From positions 1 through 53,504 of the IMG/VR virus record IMGVR_UViG_3300042460_002234: a stretch of 53,504 nucleotides of DNA. The stretch is one strand, 5' to 3'. A model generated the notes under the pieces. That model was not told the origin of the DNA and ran no database searches. It worked only from the letters and a program-made list of their open reading frames with translations. This DNA is from a virus (lineage: Duplodnaviria; Caudoviricetes). Below are positions 43,516 to 52,962 of this stretch, one piece after another (within the stretch, counting starts at the first letter, position 1; every line of letters begins with the position of its first letter). The position numbers were made by a program, and so were the translations under genes.

Positions 43516-44308
43516 GGGACGCCTCCTCGGTTGCACGCTTCGCCAGCCAGGACTGCGCGGCCGTGGCGGTCTGCCGGCCGGCGGCGGTGAGGGCGATGGC
43601 CTGCGCCGGCGCGCCGGACAGCTTGATGAACTTGTCTACGTGGGCGCCGTCCCGGCAGATCAGCTCGAGATCGTCGTAGACCGTGTGCCGGTCGTTCTCA
43701 CCCATGTGGTGCGGCGACTTCTTGCAGCCGTCGATGGCCAGCTTGAGCTGATCGACGCTGTAGCCGTCTTTCAGCCGGGCGACGACGACGCGGTAGCGCT
43801 TGGGGTCGAGCTTGGCCTGGGGGTGGTTGTGGACCTGCTGCCAGTGCGCGAACACCTCGCGCACGGACGGCATGTACTTTTCCTGGGCGGTGGCCGCCGC
43901 GGCCGGCGCAGCCGGCGAGCCCGCGGCAGCGGGCGGGACAGTGCTGTGTTCTGCCTCTGCCTCTGCCTCTGCCTCTGCCTCTGGTCTAGCATCTGCTAGC
44001 AAGCGCTTGCGTTCGCTATCATTCGCCTCGACAACTTCAAGAAAACCACGGTCGATCAGGGACTTGAAGTTTGGAGCCTGATTCAGATAGGCGATGCGCT
44101 GGAAGTAGTCGGGATCGCCGTCAAACGAGCCGTCGTTCCGTTCATCCTGGCTTGCGATCAGCATGCAAGCGATTGCTAGCACGCGGTCCGCGTCGCTAGC
44201 AGTCACCCAGGTCTTGCTGTGCAGGGTCTTGAAGTGCAGCTTGATCCAGGGCGGGTTCCGGTCCTTGTAGTGCTGGTGCTCGGCCCACTTGCAGATACGG
44301 AGCCTCAT
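43502..44308 (-). CDS. Phage replication initiator (O-like)
   Basis: WAEHQHYKDRNPPWIKLH N-terminus, EAEAEAEAE linker, C-terminal VFAHWQQV...LKLAIDGC..SP. Confidence 0.85.
   Translation of the reverse strand: MRLRICKWAEHQHYKDRNPPWIKLHFKTLHSKTWVTASDADRVLAIACMLIASQDERNDGSFDGDPDYFQRIAYLNQAPNFKSLIDRGFLEVVEANDSERKRLLADARPEAEAEAEAEAEHSTVPPAAAGSPAAPAAAATAQEKYMPSVREVFAHWQQVHNHPQAKLDPKRYRVVVARLKDGYSVDQLKLAIDGCKKSPHHMGENDRHTVYDDLELICRDGAHVDKFIKLSGAPAQAIALTAAGRQTATAAQSWLAKRATEEASRAEA
43951..44201. repeat. Candidate replication origin inside the initiator gene
   Basis: (CTGCCT)x5 at 43951-43980; (T/C)GCTAGCA at 43994, 44174, 44194 and CTAGCA at 43986; GCAAGCG(C/A)TTGC at 43999 and 44165. Confidence 0.6.
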
Positions 44309-44577
44309 GACCGATTCCCCCGGGCGCAGTTGCAGCTCCGGCACGTCCAGCGCAGGTTCGACTCGCCGCTGGTTCCGCCTCGGCTGGTCGGGATGATGTG
44401 GTCCACGGACCCAGCCACAGGGCCGTCGTCGAATGGCGTGTCGTAGTGCGATCTGGAGAACCGCGTCTCCCTGCCGCACAGGGCGCACTTCCGCCCGTCC
44501 CTCTCGTAAATCTTGAGGCGCAGGGCATTGCTCACGTACGCACGTTTCCGCTTGACGCTTTGATCTGCTTCGCTCAC
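44305..44577 (-). CDS. HNH endonuclease (McrA-type)
   Basis: IYERDGRKCALCG...VDHIIPTSRGGT..ESNLRWTCRSCN. Confidence 0.92.
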   Translation of the reverse strand: MSEADQSVKRKRAYVSNALRLKIYERDGRKCALCGRETRFSRSHYDTPFDDGPVAGSVDHIIPTSRGGTSGESNLRWTCRSCNCARGNRS

Positions 44578-44587
44578 GACCGCGGCC

Positions 44588-44869
44588 CTAGCTGGCAGCA
44601 GCTTCGGCGGCGGGAGCAGCGGCGCGGCGCTTGGGCGCCGGCTTTTTGTAGAACCACATCACCAGATCCGCCTCGGTGAGCTTGTCGCTCGCCCCGGTCA
44701 GCCGGCAGGCCCGGGTCAGGCGACGGATCAGCGGCTTCAGCGGCGTCTTGCGCCGGTGGATCAGGTGGTTTTCGATGTAGCCGATGCTGGTTTTTGCCAG
44801 CTTGGCGAAACGGGTGCGCTGCTCGGGAGCGAGACCGCGCCAGTGTCCGTAGAGGCAGAAGTCGGGCAT
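44588..44869 (-). CDS. Cro-like HTH regulator
   Basis: QRTRFAKLAKTSIGYIENHLIHRRKTP; divergent from cI, first gene of replication operon. Confidence 0.8.
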   Translation of the reverse strand: MPDFCLYGHWRGLAPEQRTRFAKLAKTSIGYIENHLIHRRKTPLKPLIRRLTRACRLTGASDKLTEADLVMWFYKKPAPKRRAAAPAAEAAAS

Positions 44870-44872
44870 GAA

Positions 44873-44989
44873 TATCTCTCAGGTATGTTCCGCCCAATAA
44901 TCTTATACCTCTATGGTAGCTTTTAACAAGTGAGACTTTTTCCTCACCGCGAGGGTTTATTACCTGATAGGATGTATACCTTGTGGGTG
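44873..44989. promoter_or_regulatory. OR-like region: operators and leftward promoter
   Basis: TACCTCTATGGTA 44906-44918 (perfect), 44873-44885 and 44977-44989 (1 mismatch), 44961-44973 (2 mismatches); minus-strand TTGTTA-N18-TAAGAT brackets the perfect site. Confidence 0.8.
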
Positions 44990-45009
44990 AAAAGTGGTCC
45001 AATGGTGTC

Positions 45010-45735
45010 ATGCACGACATCCAGCAAATCAGGCGTTTAAACACCGCGCGCATCGTTCAGGATGTGTTCCAGGGGGTGAAGTCGCGCCTCGCTGAAAAGC
45101 TGAACGTGCAGCCGAGCTACATCACCCGCATCACGGAAGCGAATGCTTCCGGCGCACGCGCCATTGGCGACGACCTCGCCCGGCGCATTGAAGAAGCTTC
45201 TGGCAAGCCGAGGAATTGGCTAGACCAGAGTCACGGTGCGATTGTCACGGAGACGATCGGGGATGCGGCAAAGATCGGGGATGCGCTCGTCGGGAACGTG
45301 ACGCACGCATTACCCACGCGCGGGAGAGTCCCGGTGGTTAGCTGGGTAAATGCGGGTTCGTGGGCGGCGATTGACGATCACTTTCTGCCAGAGGAGGAAT
45401 ACGAGTGGCTGGATACGACGGAGAAGCTGACGGAGCGCGAGGCGATCGCGCTCATGGTGGATGGCGACTCCATGTACAAGCCCGACGACCCCAAGAGTTT
45501 CCCGCCGGGCTGCTTCATCGTCGTCAAACGCGCTGACCTGCGCGAGCCGCGCAGCGGCGACTTCGTGGTTGTGCGCCTGGAGGATGAGCAGCGCTCGACC
45601 TTTAAGCAGCTCATGTACGACGGGGACCGGATGTACCTGAAGGCCCTCAACCCCGCCTACCCCACCATCAAGGTCGAGTCGCGCGCCACCATCGTCGGCG
45701 TCGTCGTCGAGAAGATCCTCCGCACCCACTACTGA
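45010..45735 (+). CDS. cI: CI-like repressor, HTH plus S24 autopeptidase
   Basis: N-terminal HTH; VPVVSWVNAG cleavage site, GDSM catalytic Ser, TFKQL catalytic Lys, LKALNPAY; exact start uncertain (44983 or 45010). Confidence 0.93.
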   Translation: MHDIQQIRRLNTARIVQDVFQGVKSRLAEKLNVQPSYITRITEANASGARAIGDDLARRIEEASGKPRNWLDQSHGAIVTETIGDAAKIGDALVGNVTHALPTRGRVPVVSWVNAGSWAAIDDHFLPEEEYEWLDTTEKLTEREAIALMVDGDSMYKPDDPKSFPPGCFIVVKRADLREPRSGDFVVVRLEDEQRSTFKQLMYDGDRMYLKALNPAYPTIKVESRATIVGVVVEKILRTHY

Positions 45736-45747
45736 GCGGCCCCCTCT

Positions 45748-45791
45748 GAAGGCCCTGCTGGTATCTGCCAGCGGGGCTTTCGTCGTTCTTT
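45748..45791 (+). terminator. Terminator after cI
   Basis: GAAGGCCCTGCTGG-TATCTG-CCAGCGGGGCTTTC followed by T-rich sequence. Confidence 0.7.
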
Positions 45792-45812
45792 GACCATGAT
45801 GTCACGGATATA

Positions 45813-45876
45813 TACCTCCTTGGTATTGACAGACTGATACCACAGAGGTAATGTGGCGACACCTACCAAGGAGGTA
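45813..45876 (+). promoter_or_regulatory. OL/PL-like region: sigma70 promoter with three perfect operators
   Basis: TTGACA 45826-45831, 17-nt spacer, TAATGT 45849-45854; TACC-N5-GGTA at 45813-45825, 45838-45850, 45864-45876. Confidence 0.9.
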
Positions 45877-45883
45877 TGTCGCC

Positions 45884-46030
45884 ATGACCCTGTTCCACCT
45901 GCTGATCGCCCTGCTGGGCGGCGGCGAGCCGGAGGTCACGATCCGGCCGCGCGTGTACTGCTCCCGTGACCTGCCCGCCAACTGGACCGTGCGGCACAAC
46001 ACCATCATCCGCGATGGGGTAGTGCTGTGA
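45884..46030 (+). CDS. 48-aa first gene of the PL-like operon (not in ORF track)
   Basis: AAGGAGG 9 nt upstream; MTLFHLLIALLGGGEPEVTIRPRVYCSRDLPANWTVRHNTIIRDGVVL; GTGA overlap with next gene. Confidence 0.7.
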   Translation: MTLFHLLIALLGGGEPEVTIRPRVYCSRDLPANWTVRHNTIIRDGVVL

Positions 46031-46809
46031 CCGCCCTCGTTCATGCCGAGCCCGCCGCCGCTCCCCTCGCTGTTGCCGCCTTCCACCCCGGCGACCTGCT
46101 GCGCATGGTCGTCCAGAACAACGCCCCGCTCGAGACCATCGAGAAGTTCCTCGACCTGCAAGATCGCTGGGAGAAGAACGAGGCTCGCAAGCAGTTCAAC
46201 GCTGCGATGTCGGCGTTCCGCGCCAACCACATCAAGGTCGTGCGTTCCGCCGAGGTCCAGAGCGGGCCGATGAAGGGTATGCAGTACGCGCGACTGTCCG
46301 ACTTCGTGGAAGCCACGGCCGAGGCGCTGGCGCAAGCCGGCCTGTCGGTTTCCTGGCGCACCGTGAAGCAGGAGAAGGAGTGGATCGAGGTCGCGTGCAT
46401 CGTGCGGCACGCCGCCGGGCACGAGGAGGAGACCGTGCTGGGCGGCCCGATCGACAACAGCGGCGCGAAGAACGCGATCCAGGCGCGTGCGTCCACCGTC
46501 ACCTACCTGAAGAAGTACACGATGAAGATGGCCTTGGGCCTCGCCGAGCAGGACGACGATGACGACGGCAACGGCGGCCCCGAGAACGCCGGCCAGCAGC
46601 GTCAGCAGACGCAGCAGCAGAAGCCCGCGGAGCAGGAGTTCTACCCGGACGACAAGTTCAGCGCGAACTTCGACTCGTGGGTGGGCCTGATCGAGTCGGG
46701 CAAGAAGACCGCCGAGAAAGTCATCGCCACCGTCGAAGCCAAGGGCCTTCCGCTCACCGAAGAGCAGAAGAAGAAGATCACCGGCATCAAGCAGGGAGAG
46801 CCGCAGTGA
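46027..46809 (+). CDS. ERF-family single-strand annealing protein
   Basis: EARKQFNAAM, YARLSD, CIVRHAAGHEEE, KNAIQARASTVTYLKKYT...DDDG. Confidence 0.88.
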   Translation: MTALVHAEPAAAPLAVAAFHPGDLLRMVVQNNAPLETIEKFLDLQDRWEKNEARKQFNAAMSAFRANHIKVVRSAEVQSGPMKGMQYARLSDFVEATAEALAQAGLSVSWRTVKQEKEWIEVACIVRHAAGHEEETVLGGPIDNSGAKNAIQARASTVTYLKKYTMKMALGLAEQDDDDDGNGGPENAGQQRQQTQQQKPAEQEFYPDDKFSANFDSWVGLIESGKKTAEKVIATVEAKGLPLTEEQKKKITGIKQGEPQ

Positions 46810-48533
46810 AAATCCTCGATCTAACCCAGGGCAGTGCCGAGTGGCATGCCGCCCGCGCCACGCACTTCTGCGCCAGCGACGCGCCCGCGATGATGGGCGC
46901 CTCGAAGTACAAGAGCCGCAACGACCTGATCCGCGAGAAGGCCACCGGCCTGACCGAGACCATCACGCCGGAGAAGCAGGCCCTCTTCGACAAGGGCCAC
47001 GCTGCCGAGCGCGCGATCCGTCCGCACGTTGAGGGGCTGATCGGCGAAGACCTGTACCCCGTCACTGCCGAAGATGGCCGCCTGCTGGCGTCGCTGGACG
47101 GCATGACGATGGACGAGGAGACGCTGTTCGAGCACAAGCTCTGGAACAAGGAGCTGGTCGCTCAGATCGACAACGATTCGCTGGAGCCGCACTACTACTG
47201 GCAGCTCGAGCACCAGCTCCTCGTCACCGGCGCAAAGCGCGTGTACTTCGCGTGCTCCGATGGCACGCCGGGCAACTTCGCCAGCATGACCTACAAGCCG
47301 GTCCCTGGTCGCGCCGAGAAGCTGCTGGCTGGCTGGAAGCAGTTCGAGGCCGATGTGGCCAACTACACGCCGGCCGGCGCCGAGCCCGTGACCGAGAAGA
47401 CCGCCATCATGGCGCTGCCCGCCCTGTCGGTGCAGATCGTCGGCAAGGTCACGAGCAGCAACCTCGCCCTGTACCGCGAGTCCGCGCTCAAATTCATCCG
47501 CGACATCAAGACCGACCTCCAGACGGATCAGGACTTCGCCGACGCCGAGCAGACGGTGAAGTTCTGCGACAAGGCCGAGAAGGAGCTGAAGCTCGTCAAG
47601 GATCAGGCGATCTCGCAGACCGCCAGCATCGACGAGTTGTTCCGCACCATCGACCAGCTCTCCGAAGAGATGCGCCAGAAGCGCCTGACGCTCGACAAGC
47701 TGGTGAAGAAGCGCAAGGACGAGATCCGCGTCGAGATCATGCAGGGCGGCCGGACGGCTTGGACGAGCCACATCAACACCGCGAACGCGCTGCTGAAGGG
47801 CCGCGTGACCATCACCGTGCCGATGCCCGACTTCGCCGAGGCGATGAAGGGCAAGAAAACGCTGACTAGCTTGCGCTCGGCGGTGGATGACGCCCTGGCG
47901 GCTGCGAAGATCGACGCGAACCAGCAGCTCGCCGACTTCCAGACCAACCTCAACGTCATCGACGAGCTGGCCAAGGATCACCAGTTCCTCGTGCGCGATG
48001 TGCGCGACCTCGTGACGATCAACCCGGCCCACCTGCCCGGCATCATCAAGGGGCGCATCGCCGAGCACGAGGAGAAGGAGAAGGCCCGCATCGAGGCCGA
48101 GCGCGAGCGCATCCGCAAGGAGGAAGAGGCCAAGGCCCAGCGTGAGGCCGAGCGCAAGCTCGAGGAGGAGCGCAAGCGCGTCCGCGACGAGGAGCAGCGC
48201 AAGGCCCGTGACGAGCAGGCCGATCAGGAGCGCGCGACGCGCGATCTGGAACGGGCGCTGGAACAGCGCCGCATCACCCTCGAATCCGCCGCGCAGTCGG
48301 GCGAGAAGGTGGCGGTGGACGGAAAAACGGGCGAGGTCATCGAGCTGCCCAGGGGCGTGAAGCCGGAGCAGGTTGTTGTGGTTTCTCGGACGCCGACCCG
48401 CCCCACCGATGACCAGATCATCGAAGCCATCTCGCTGCACTTTCGCGTCCACGAGATGAAGGTCATCGAGTGGCTGCTGGACATGGACCTCGCCGCCGCT
48501 TCCGAGCGCGCGGCGGCCGAATTCGCCAACTGA
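46806..48533 (+). CDS. YqaJ/lambda-exonuclease family protein with long coiled-coil C-terminus
   Basis: [10 protein letters not shown]...[30 protein letters not shown]. Confidence 0.9.
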   Translation: MKILDLTQGSAEWHAARATHFCASDAPAMMGASKYKSRNDLIREKATGLTETITPEKQALFDKGHAAERAIRPHVEGLIGEDLYPVTAEDGRLLASLDGMTMDEETLFEHKLWNKELVAQIDNDSLEPHYYWQLEHQLLVTGAKRVYFACSDGTPGNFASMTYKPVPGRAEKLLAGWKQFEADVANYTPAGAEPVTEKTAIMALPALSVQIVGKVTSSNLALYRESALKFIRDIKTDLQTDQDFADAEQTVKFCDKAEKELKLVKDQAISQTASIDELFRTIDQLSEEMRQKRLTLDKLVKKRKDEIRVEIMQGGRTAWTSHINTANALLKGRVTITVPMPDFAEAMKGKKTLTSLRSAVDDALAAAKIDANQQLADFQTNLNVIDELAKDHQFLVRDVRDLVTINPAHLPGIIKGRIAEHEEKEKARIEAERERIRKEEEAKAQREAERKLEEERKRVRDEEQRKARDEQADQERATRDLERALEQRRITLESAAQSGEKVAVDGKTGEVIELPRGVKPEQVVVVSRTPTRPTDDQIIEAISLHFRVHEMKVIEWLLDMDLAAASERAAAEFAN

Positions 48534-48541
48534 GATCAGAA

Positions 48542-48991
48542 ATGGAACTGCAACAGAAACTCCCCATCCCCGACGCCCGCCACATCGCCCTCCGGCTTGC
48601 CGGCCTGTTCTACGTCGCGCTCTCCCACTGCGTGACGATGAAGCAGGACGGCGATCGCCTGGAGGCGGATGCCGACATGGTGAAGTTCGCCGGGTTCGTG
48701 GGGGAATCCGCCGCCTCCGCGCTGCACACCCTGATCGCCGCGCTGAAGTCGGGGCGGAGCTTCGAGGAGCACGGGTTCGACGAGGAGCGGATCGCCGACG
48801 AGATCCGCTCCCACTTCCTCGATCGCCTGCGCACCGGCCACACCAAGGACTGCAAGGACTGCCAGGGCCAGATCGGCCACATCGCGCAGATGTTGTGCAT
48901 CTCTCACCAGATGGCCAGCGATGTCATGGAGCAGGCCGAAGGCGAGCAGGCCGCCGCGCCGTCGGCTCCGGCCGAATCCACTGTTCACTGA
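48542..48991 (+). CDS. Hypothetical protein
   Basis: ORF between exonuclease and ssb; CKDC motif. Confidence 0.7.
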   Translation: MELQQKLPIPDARHIALRLAGLFYVALSHCVTMKQDGDRLEADADMVKFAGFVGESAASALHTLIAALKSGRSFEEHGFDEERIADEIRSHFLDRLRTGHTKDCKDCQGQIGHIAQMLCISHQMASDVMEQAEGEQAAAPSAPAESTVH

Positions 48992-49002
48992 AGGAGGGCG
49001 CC

Positions 49003-49449
49003 ATGGCCCGCGGAGTCAACAAAGTCATCCTGATCGGCAACCTCGGCAAAGAGCCCGAGACCCGCTACTTCCCCAGCGGCGACGCCATCACCACCACCAG
49101 CCTCGCCACGTCGGAGAGCTGGAAGGACAAGCAGACCGGCGAGCAGAAGGAGGCAACCGAGTGGCACAACCTCGTGTTCCCCGGGAAGCTCGCCGAGATC
49201 GCCGGCAAGTATCTGCACAAGGGCTCGAAGATATACGTCGAGGGTTCGATCAAGACGAGGAAGTGGGAGGACAAGGAAGGCAGGGACCGCTACACGACCG
49301 AGATCCGCGTCCGCGACCTCCAGATGCTCGACGGCAAGCCGAGCGACAGCGACGAGCGCGAGTCGCGTGCCGAGCGCGGCGCCCGCCACGAGCGCGCCGC
49401 TTCTCGCGCAGACCCCGAACCGTTTGAGGACGACGACATCCCGTTTTAA
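49003..49449 (+). CDS. ssb: Single-stranded DNA-binding protein
   Basis: [15 protein letters not shown]...TEWH...KGSKIYVEG...DDDIPF. Confidence 0.98.
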   Translation: MARGVNKVILIGNLGKEPETRYFPSGDAITTTSLATSESWKDKQTGEQKEATEWHNLVFPGKLAEIAGKYLHKGSKIYVEGSIKTRKWEDKEGRDRYTTEIRVRDLQMLDGKPSDSDERESRAERGARHERAASRADPEPFEDDDIPF

Positions 49450-49546
49450 TTCGGCCCGAGCCCGCGCGGGACTCCTTGGGGCGACGGCCGGCGTCTACAC
49501 GGGCAACCGGCCACCTACACCACCAGCATCAACCGGAGAAGTACAT

Positions 49547-49879
49547 ATGTTCTTGAAGACCATCCAGGGCATCCGCCAGGGCAGCCTGATCGACGATCTG
49601 GACCGCCAGTTGTACGAGCTGGGCCTCTTGGTGAAGCACACCGGCAAGGCCGGCGAGCTGACCCTGAAGCTCAAGATCCGCCCGATCGACAACATGGGCT
49701 CGGCGATCCACATCGAGGACGTGATCGCGGTGAAGGAGCCCGAGCTGGCCAAGGAGAAGTCCGTCTTCTTCGTGACCGAGGCGGGCGAGTTCGTGAAGAA
49801 CGACCCGCGCCAGCGCAACCTCGAGCTGAAGTCCGTCGGCGAAGAGCAGCGCCCGGCCGAGCTGAAGAACGTCGGCTAA
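49547..49879 (+). CDS. Conserved partner gene upstream of DUF2303 (YfdP-like position)
   Basis: GGAG RBS; TGKAGELTLKLKI...FFVTEAG...DPRQRNL. Confidence 0.8.
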   Translation: MFLKTIQGIRQGSLIDDLDRQLYELGLLVKHTGKAGELTLKLKIRPIDNMGSAIHIEDVIAVKEPELAKEKSVFFVTEAGEFVKNDPRQRNLELKSVGEEQRPAELKNVG

Positions 49880-49904
49880 TCCACCCACCCACCGAGAATC
49901 AGCA

Positions 49905-50711
49905 ATGGAACAGAACGAAAGCAACGCGGTCGTCGTCGAACGCCTCACCGTCGCCGCTCTCCAGGCCCGCGCCGACGGCCCGGATGCGAAGCCGTATGTC
50001 GTGCTCCCGCCCTGCTACAAGATCGAGGACATCGAAGACACCCTGAAGGCGCCGATGCGCGCGAAGGGCACCGTCACCCTGCGCACACAGGAGTCGTTCA
50101 TCGACATGGTGAATGCCCACAAGGACGCCGGCACCAAGCTCTACGGCATGGACGGCGACAAGCCGAGCTTCACCGCCGTGTTCAACGACAACGACCGCGA
50201 GGTTGGTCCCGGCTGGCAGGACCACAAGGCGTTCTACGGCCTGCCGCTCTCCAAGGAGTGGCAGGTCTGGACCGGCGCCGACGCTAAAGCGATGAACCAG
50301 ACCGCCTTCGCCAAGTTCATCGAGGACAACCTGCCCGATGTCGTGGAGCCGGCGGCCGCCGAGATGCTGGTCATCTCGCGCACGCTGGAGGCCAAGAAGA
50401 ACGTCGAGTTCAAGAGCGGCCAGCGCCTCAGCAACGGCGAGCAGGAGTTCACCTACAACGAGACCATCGAAAGCACGGCCGGCAAGGGCGCGCTGAAGGT
50501 GCCCGAGGAGTTCGCCATCGGCATCCCGGTCTTCAACGGCGGCACCGCCTACAAGGTGACGGCGCGCCTGCGCTACCGCATCGACGGCGGAAAGCTGGTG
50601 CTCTGGTACGAGCTGCTGCGCGCTCACAAGGTCATGGAGGACGCCTTCAAGACCGTGCGCGAGGAGATCGAGAAGGGCGTCGGCATGAAGGCGTTCATCG
50701 GCTCGAACTAA
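49905..50711 (+). CDS. DUF2303/YfdQ family protein
   Basis: ESFIDMVN, AVFND, GWQDHKA, SKEWQVW, MNQTAFAKFIEDN, IPVFNGG, ARLRYRI. Confidence 0.9.
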   Translation: MEQNESNAVVVERLTVAALQARADGPDAKPYVVLPPCYKIEDIEDTLKAPMRAKGTVTLRTQESFIDMVNAHKDAGTKLYGMDGDKPSFTAVFNDNDREVGPGWQDHKAFYGLPLSKEWQVWTGADAKAMNQTAFAKFIEDNLPDVVEPAAAEMLVISRTLEAKKNVEFKSGQRLSNGEQEFTYNETIESTAGKGALKVPEEFAIGIPVFNGGTAYKVTARLRYRIDGGKLVLWYELLRAHKVMEDAFKTVREEIEKGVGMKAFIGSN

Positions 50712-50726
50712 GCCAGGAGAAACGAC

Positions 50727-50963
50727 ATGGCAACGAAGCACGATGACCGCTGCTTGCAGAAGGTGTCCGACGACGAGCCCATCTTCGTCCTGCGTGCGCA
50801 GGACAGGCTGGCGCCCGCCCTGGTGCGCGAGTGGGTGCGGCAGATGTCCATGCACGCGGCGCTGAACAACCTCAATGCGGACGAGATCCAGGCCCGCGCG
50901 AAGGAAGCGCTGGAGCTGGCCGACCGCATGGAGCAGTGGCCCACCCGCAAGTACCCGGACTGA
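50727..50963 (+). CDS. Conserved small phage protein (DEPIFVLRAQD motif)
   Basis: AGGAG RBS; motif I recognise as widespread, function unknown. Confidence 0.8.
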   Translation: MATKHDDRCLQKVSDDEPIFVLRAQDRLAPALVREWVRQMSMHAALNNLNADEIQARAKEALELADRMEQWPTRKYPD

Positions 50964-50974
50964 CCGGGCGAAAG

Positions 50975-50999
50975 GAGGCCGAGGTTCGCTCGGCCTCCT
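50975..50999 (+). promoter_or_regulatory. Strong intergenic hairpin
   Basis: GGAGGCCGAG-GTTCG-CTCGGCCTCC, no U-run. Confidence 0.5.
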
Positions 51000-51017
51000 C
51001 TCTCGAGGAGATCAACC

Positions 51018-51470
51018 GTGAAGACCGCAGTAGAAGATGTCGAGCAGTTCATGAAAGCCGCCGGGCAGGAGACACCGGCGGGCCCGACGATGACGGAGAC
51101 GGCGAAGCTGTACTTCGGCGATCCCAACGAGATGCAATTCCTGGCCACCCTTTCCATCGACGCCAAATCCTGCGGCCTCGTCGGAGAGGAGTTCGCCGAA
51201 CTGATTGAGGCGTGGACCAAGAAGGATGACGTTGGCGTGCTGGGCGCGTCCCTCGGCCTCATCTGGCAGATCACCGCCGGCCTGCGCTCCTTGGGCTTCC
51301 CCATCGAACAGGGCTGGGCCGAGCTGGTCCAGTCCATGAACGATAAGGCCGAGCCCAACTTCCGCCGCGTTCTCAACGAGCACGGCCTGAAGGCGTTCCT
51401 CAACATGGGCGGCTGCATCCGCGCCGAGCCGCGCGAGCCGCACTACGACACCGACCCCTGCACGGAGTAG
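51018..51470 (+). CDS. MazG/PRA-PH-like all-alpha NTP pyrophosphohydrolase, apparently degenerate
   Basis: DVEQFMKAAGQ...LVGEEFAELIEA...LGFPIEQGWAELVQS; second acidic motif replaced by Gly. Confidence 0.65.
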   Translation: MKTAVEDVEQFMKAAGQETPAGPTMTETAKLYFGDPNEMQFLATLSIDAKSCGLVGEEFAELIEAWTKKDDVGVLGASLGLIWQITAGLRSLGFPIEQGWAELVQSMNDKAEPNFRRVLNEHGLKAFLNMGGCIRAEPREPHYDTDPCTE

Positions 51471-51476
51471 CGCGCC

Positions 51477-51800
51477 ATGAAGATCAAGGCCGGCGACCGC
51501 GTGCGGATCTCCATGGATTCGACTCACCCGGACTACCGCGGTGCCGAGGGGGTGGCGAAGGAGCTGCACGGGGGGCGCTGGCTCGTGCATGTCGATAGCG
51601 GCGATTTGGTCCTCGTCGCCGTCAACTGCCTGGAATGGCTCCCGCCGCTACCGCCACCTGAGCCGCCACTGTTCATTCTGTGGCTGCGCGCCGCGGCCCG
51701 CCGCCTCATCAGCTTGTTCACCCCGCGCCCGAGCTGGGCACGGATTCAACGCATCACCGGGTGGCATCCGCCCGTCAACAACCCCAAGGAGAAAGCATGA
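51477..51800 (+). CDS. Hypothetical protein with KOW/SH3-like N-terminus
   Basis: IKAGDRVRI....YRGAEGV. Confidence 0.65.
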   Translation: MKIKAGDRVRISMDSTHPDYRGAEGVAKELHGGRWLVHVDSGDLVLVAVNCLEWLPPLPPPEPPLFILWLRAAARRLISLFTPRPSWARIQRITGWHPPVNNPKEKA

Positions 51801-52024
51801 CCACCATCAGCCGCAGCCCCGTGAAGTCCAGCAACATCAAGTCCGTCGGCCACGACGGCGCCAGCCTGCTCGATGTCGAGTTCTCGAGCGGCACCGTCTA
51901 CCGCTACTCGGACGTGCCGGCGAAGCTCTACTCCGAGATGATCTCGGCACCGTCGGTCGGCAGCTTCTTCGCCGCCAACGTCCGCGGCAAGTTCGAGTCG
52001 AAGAAGCTGGACGGTGGCGCGTGA
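51797..52024 (+). CDS. KTSC domain protein
   Basis: PVKSSNIKSVGHD...LDVEFSSGTVYRYSDVP...APSVGSFFAANVRGKF. Confidence 0.95.
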   Translation: MTTISRSPVKSSNIKSVGHDGASLLDVEFSSGTVYRYSDVPAKLYSEMISAPSVGSFFAANVRGKFESKKLDGGA

Positions 52025-52551
52025 TCCTCAAGATCCTGCAACGCATCGGTGCGCGCCGCCCGTACTTCAACATCTACGGCGCCGACGGCTCCCTCTACAT
52101 GGGACGCTCGTGGCTCTTCGGCGGCAGCAATACGGGCCGCGACTCCGACGACAACCGGCCTGAACCGCGTACCTGGGCGCGCGGCCGGTTCGACGCCTGG
52201 ATCGGAAAGTACATCGCCGGGCGCCTGCACTACATCGCCCGAGAGGATCGGGCGCGCGACCTGCACACGCACCCGGCATCCTTTATCAGCATCGTCATCG
52301 CCGGCTGGTACGTCGAGCGCCGGCCGAAGACCCAGCGGCAGCCCGCTTCGCTGGACGACCGACACTGCTTCGATACCGCACGTCGCCCCGGCAGCATTGC
52401 CTTCCGGCGTGCCGCTGATCGCCACACGATCGTCGAAGTGAGCCCCGGCGGCGCCTGGACGGTCGTCATCTGGTTCCGCAAGCAAGGCGGCTGGGGCTTC
52501 TGGACGAAGAACGGCTTCGTGCATTGGCGCAACTACGAGGAGGCCCCATGA
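52021..52551 (+). CDS. Cupin-fold metalloprotein of phages
   Basis: RLHYIAREDRARDLHTHP..FISIVIAGWYVE...RHTI....AWTVVI. Confidence 0.8.
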   Translation: MILKILQRIGARRPYFNIYGADGSLYMGRSWLFGGSNTGRDSDDNRPEPRTWARGRFDAWIGKYIAGRLHYIAREDRARDLHTHPASFISIVIAGWYVERRPKTQRQPASLDDRHCFDTARRPGSIAFRRAADRHTIVEVSPGGAWTVVIWFRKQGGWGFWTKNGFVHWRNYEEAP

Positions 52552-52751
52552 ACGCCTGGGACACGCTGCGCGACGTACTGGCACAGGCGCGCGACATCGA
52601 CAACGCCATCAGCTCGCACGCTGAGCGCATGGCCGAGATGCTGAACCGGCCGGGCAATCTGCGCCGCGTCAGCGCCTATGAGCTGAAGAAGATGAAGCGT
52701 CAGCTCCGCGACTTCGACATGACGACCGGGAAGTGGAAGGCACATGGCTGA
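52548..52751 (+). CDS. Hypothetical protein
   Basis: GAGGAGG RBS, ATGA coupling. Confidence 0.75.
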   Translation: MNAWDTLRDVLAQARDIDNAISSHAERMAEMLNRPGNLRRVSAYELKKMKRQLRDFDMTTGKWKAHG

Positions 52752-52962
52752 GCACACCTGCCACTGGCCCGGATGCGGCAAGGAAGTTCCGCCGTCGATG
52801 TGGGGCTGTTCGCTCCACTGGTATCGGCTGCCCAAGGATCTGCGCGACCGTATCTGGCGCGCGTACCGCCCCGGCCAGGAAGTGACGAAGACCCCCTCCC
52901 CGGCCTACATCAAGGTCGCGCGTGAGGCCCAGGACTGGATCAAGCAACAGGAGGCAGCATGA
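52744..52962 (+). CDS. Small Zn-binding phage protein
   Basis: HTCHWPGC...WGCSLHWYRLP. Confidence 0.8.
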   Translation: MAEHTCHWPGCGKEVPPSMWGCSLHWYRLPKDLRDRIWRAYRPGQEVTKTPSPAYIKVAREAQDWIKQQEAA

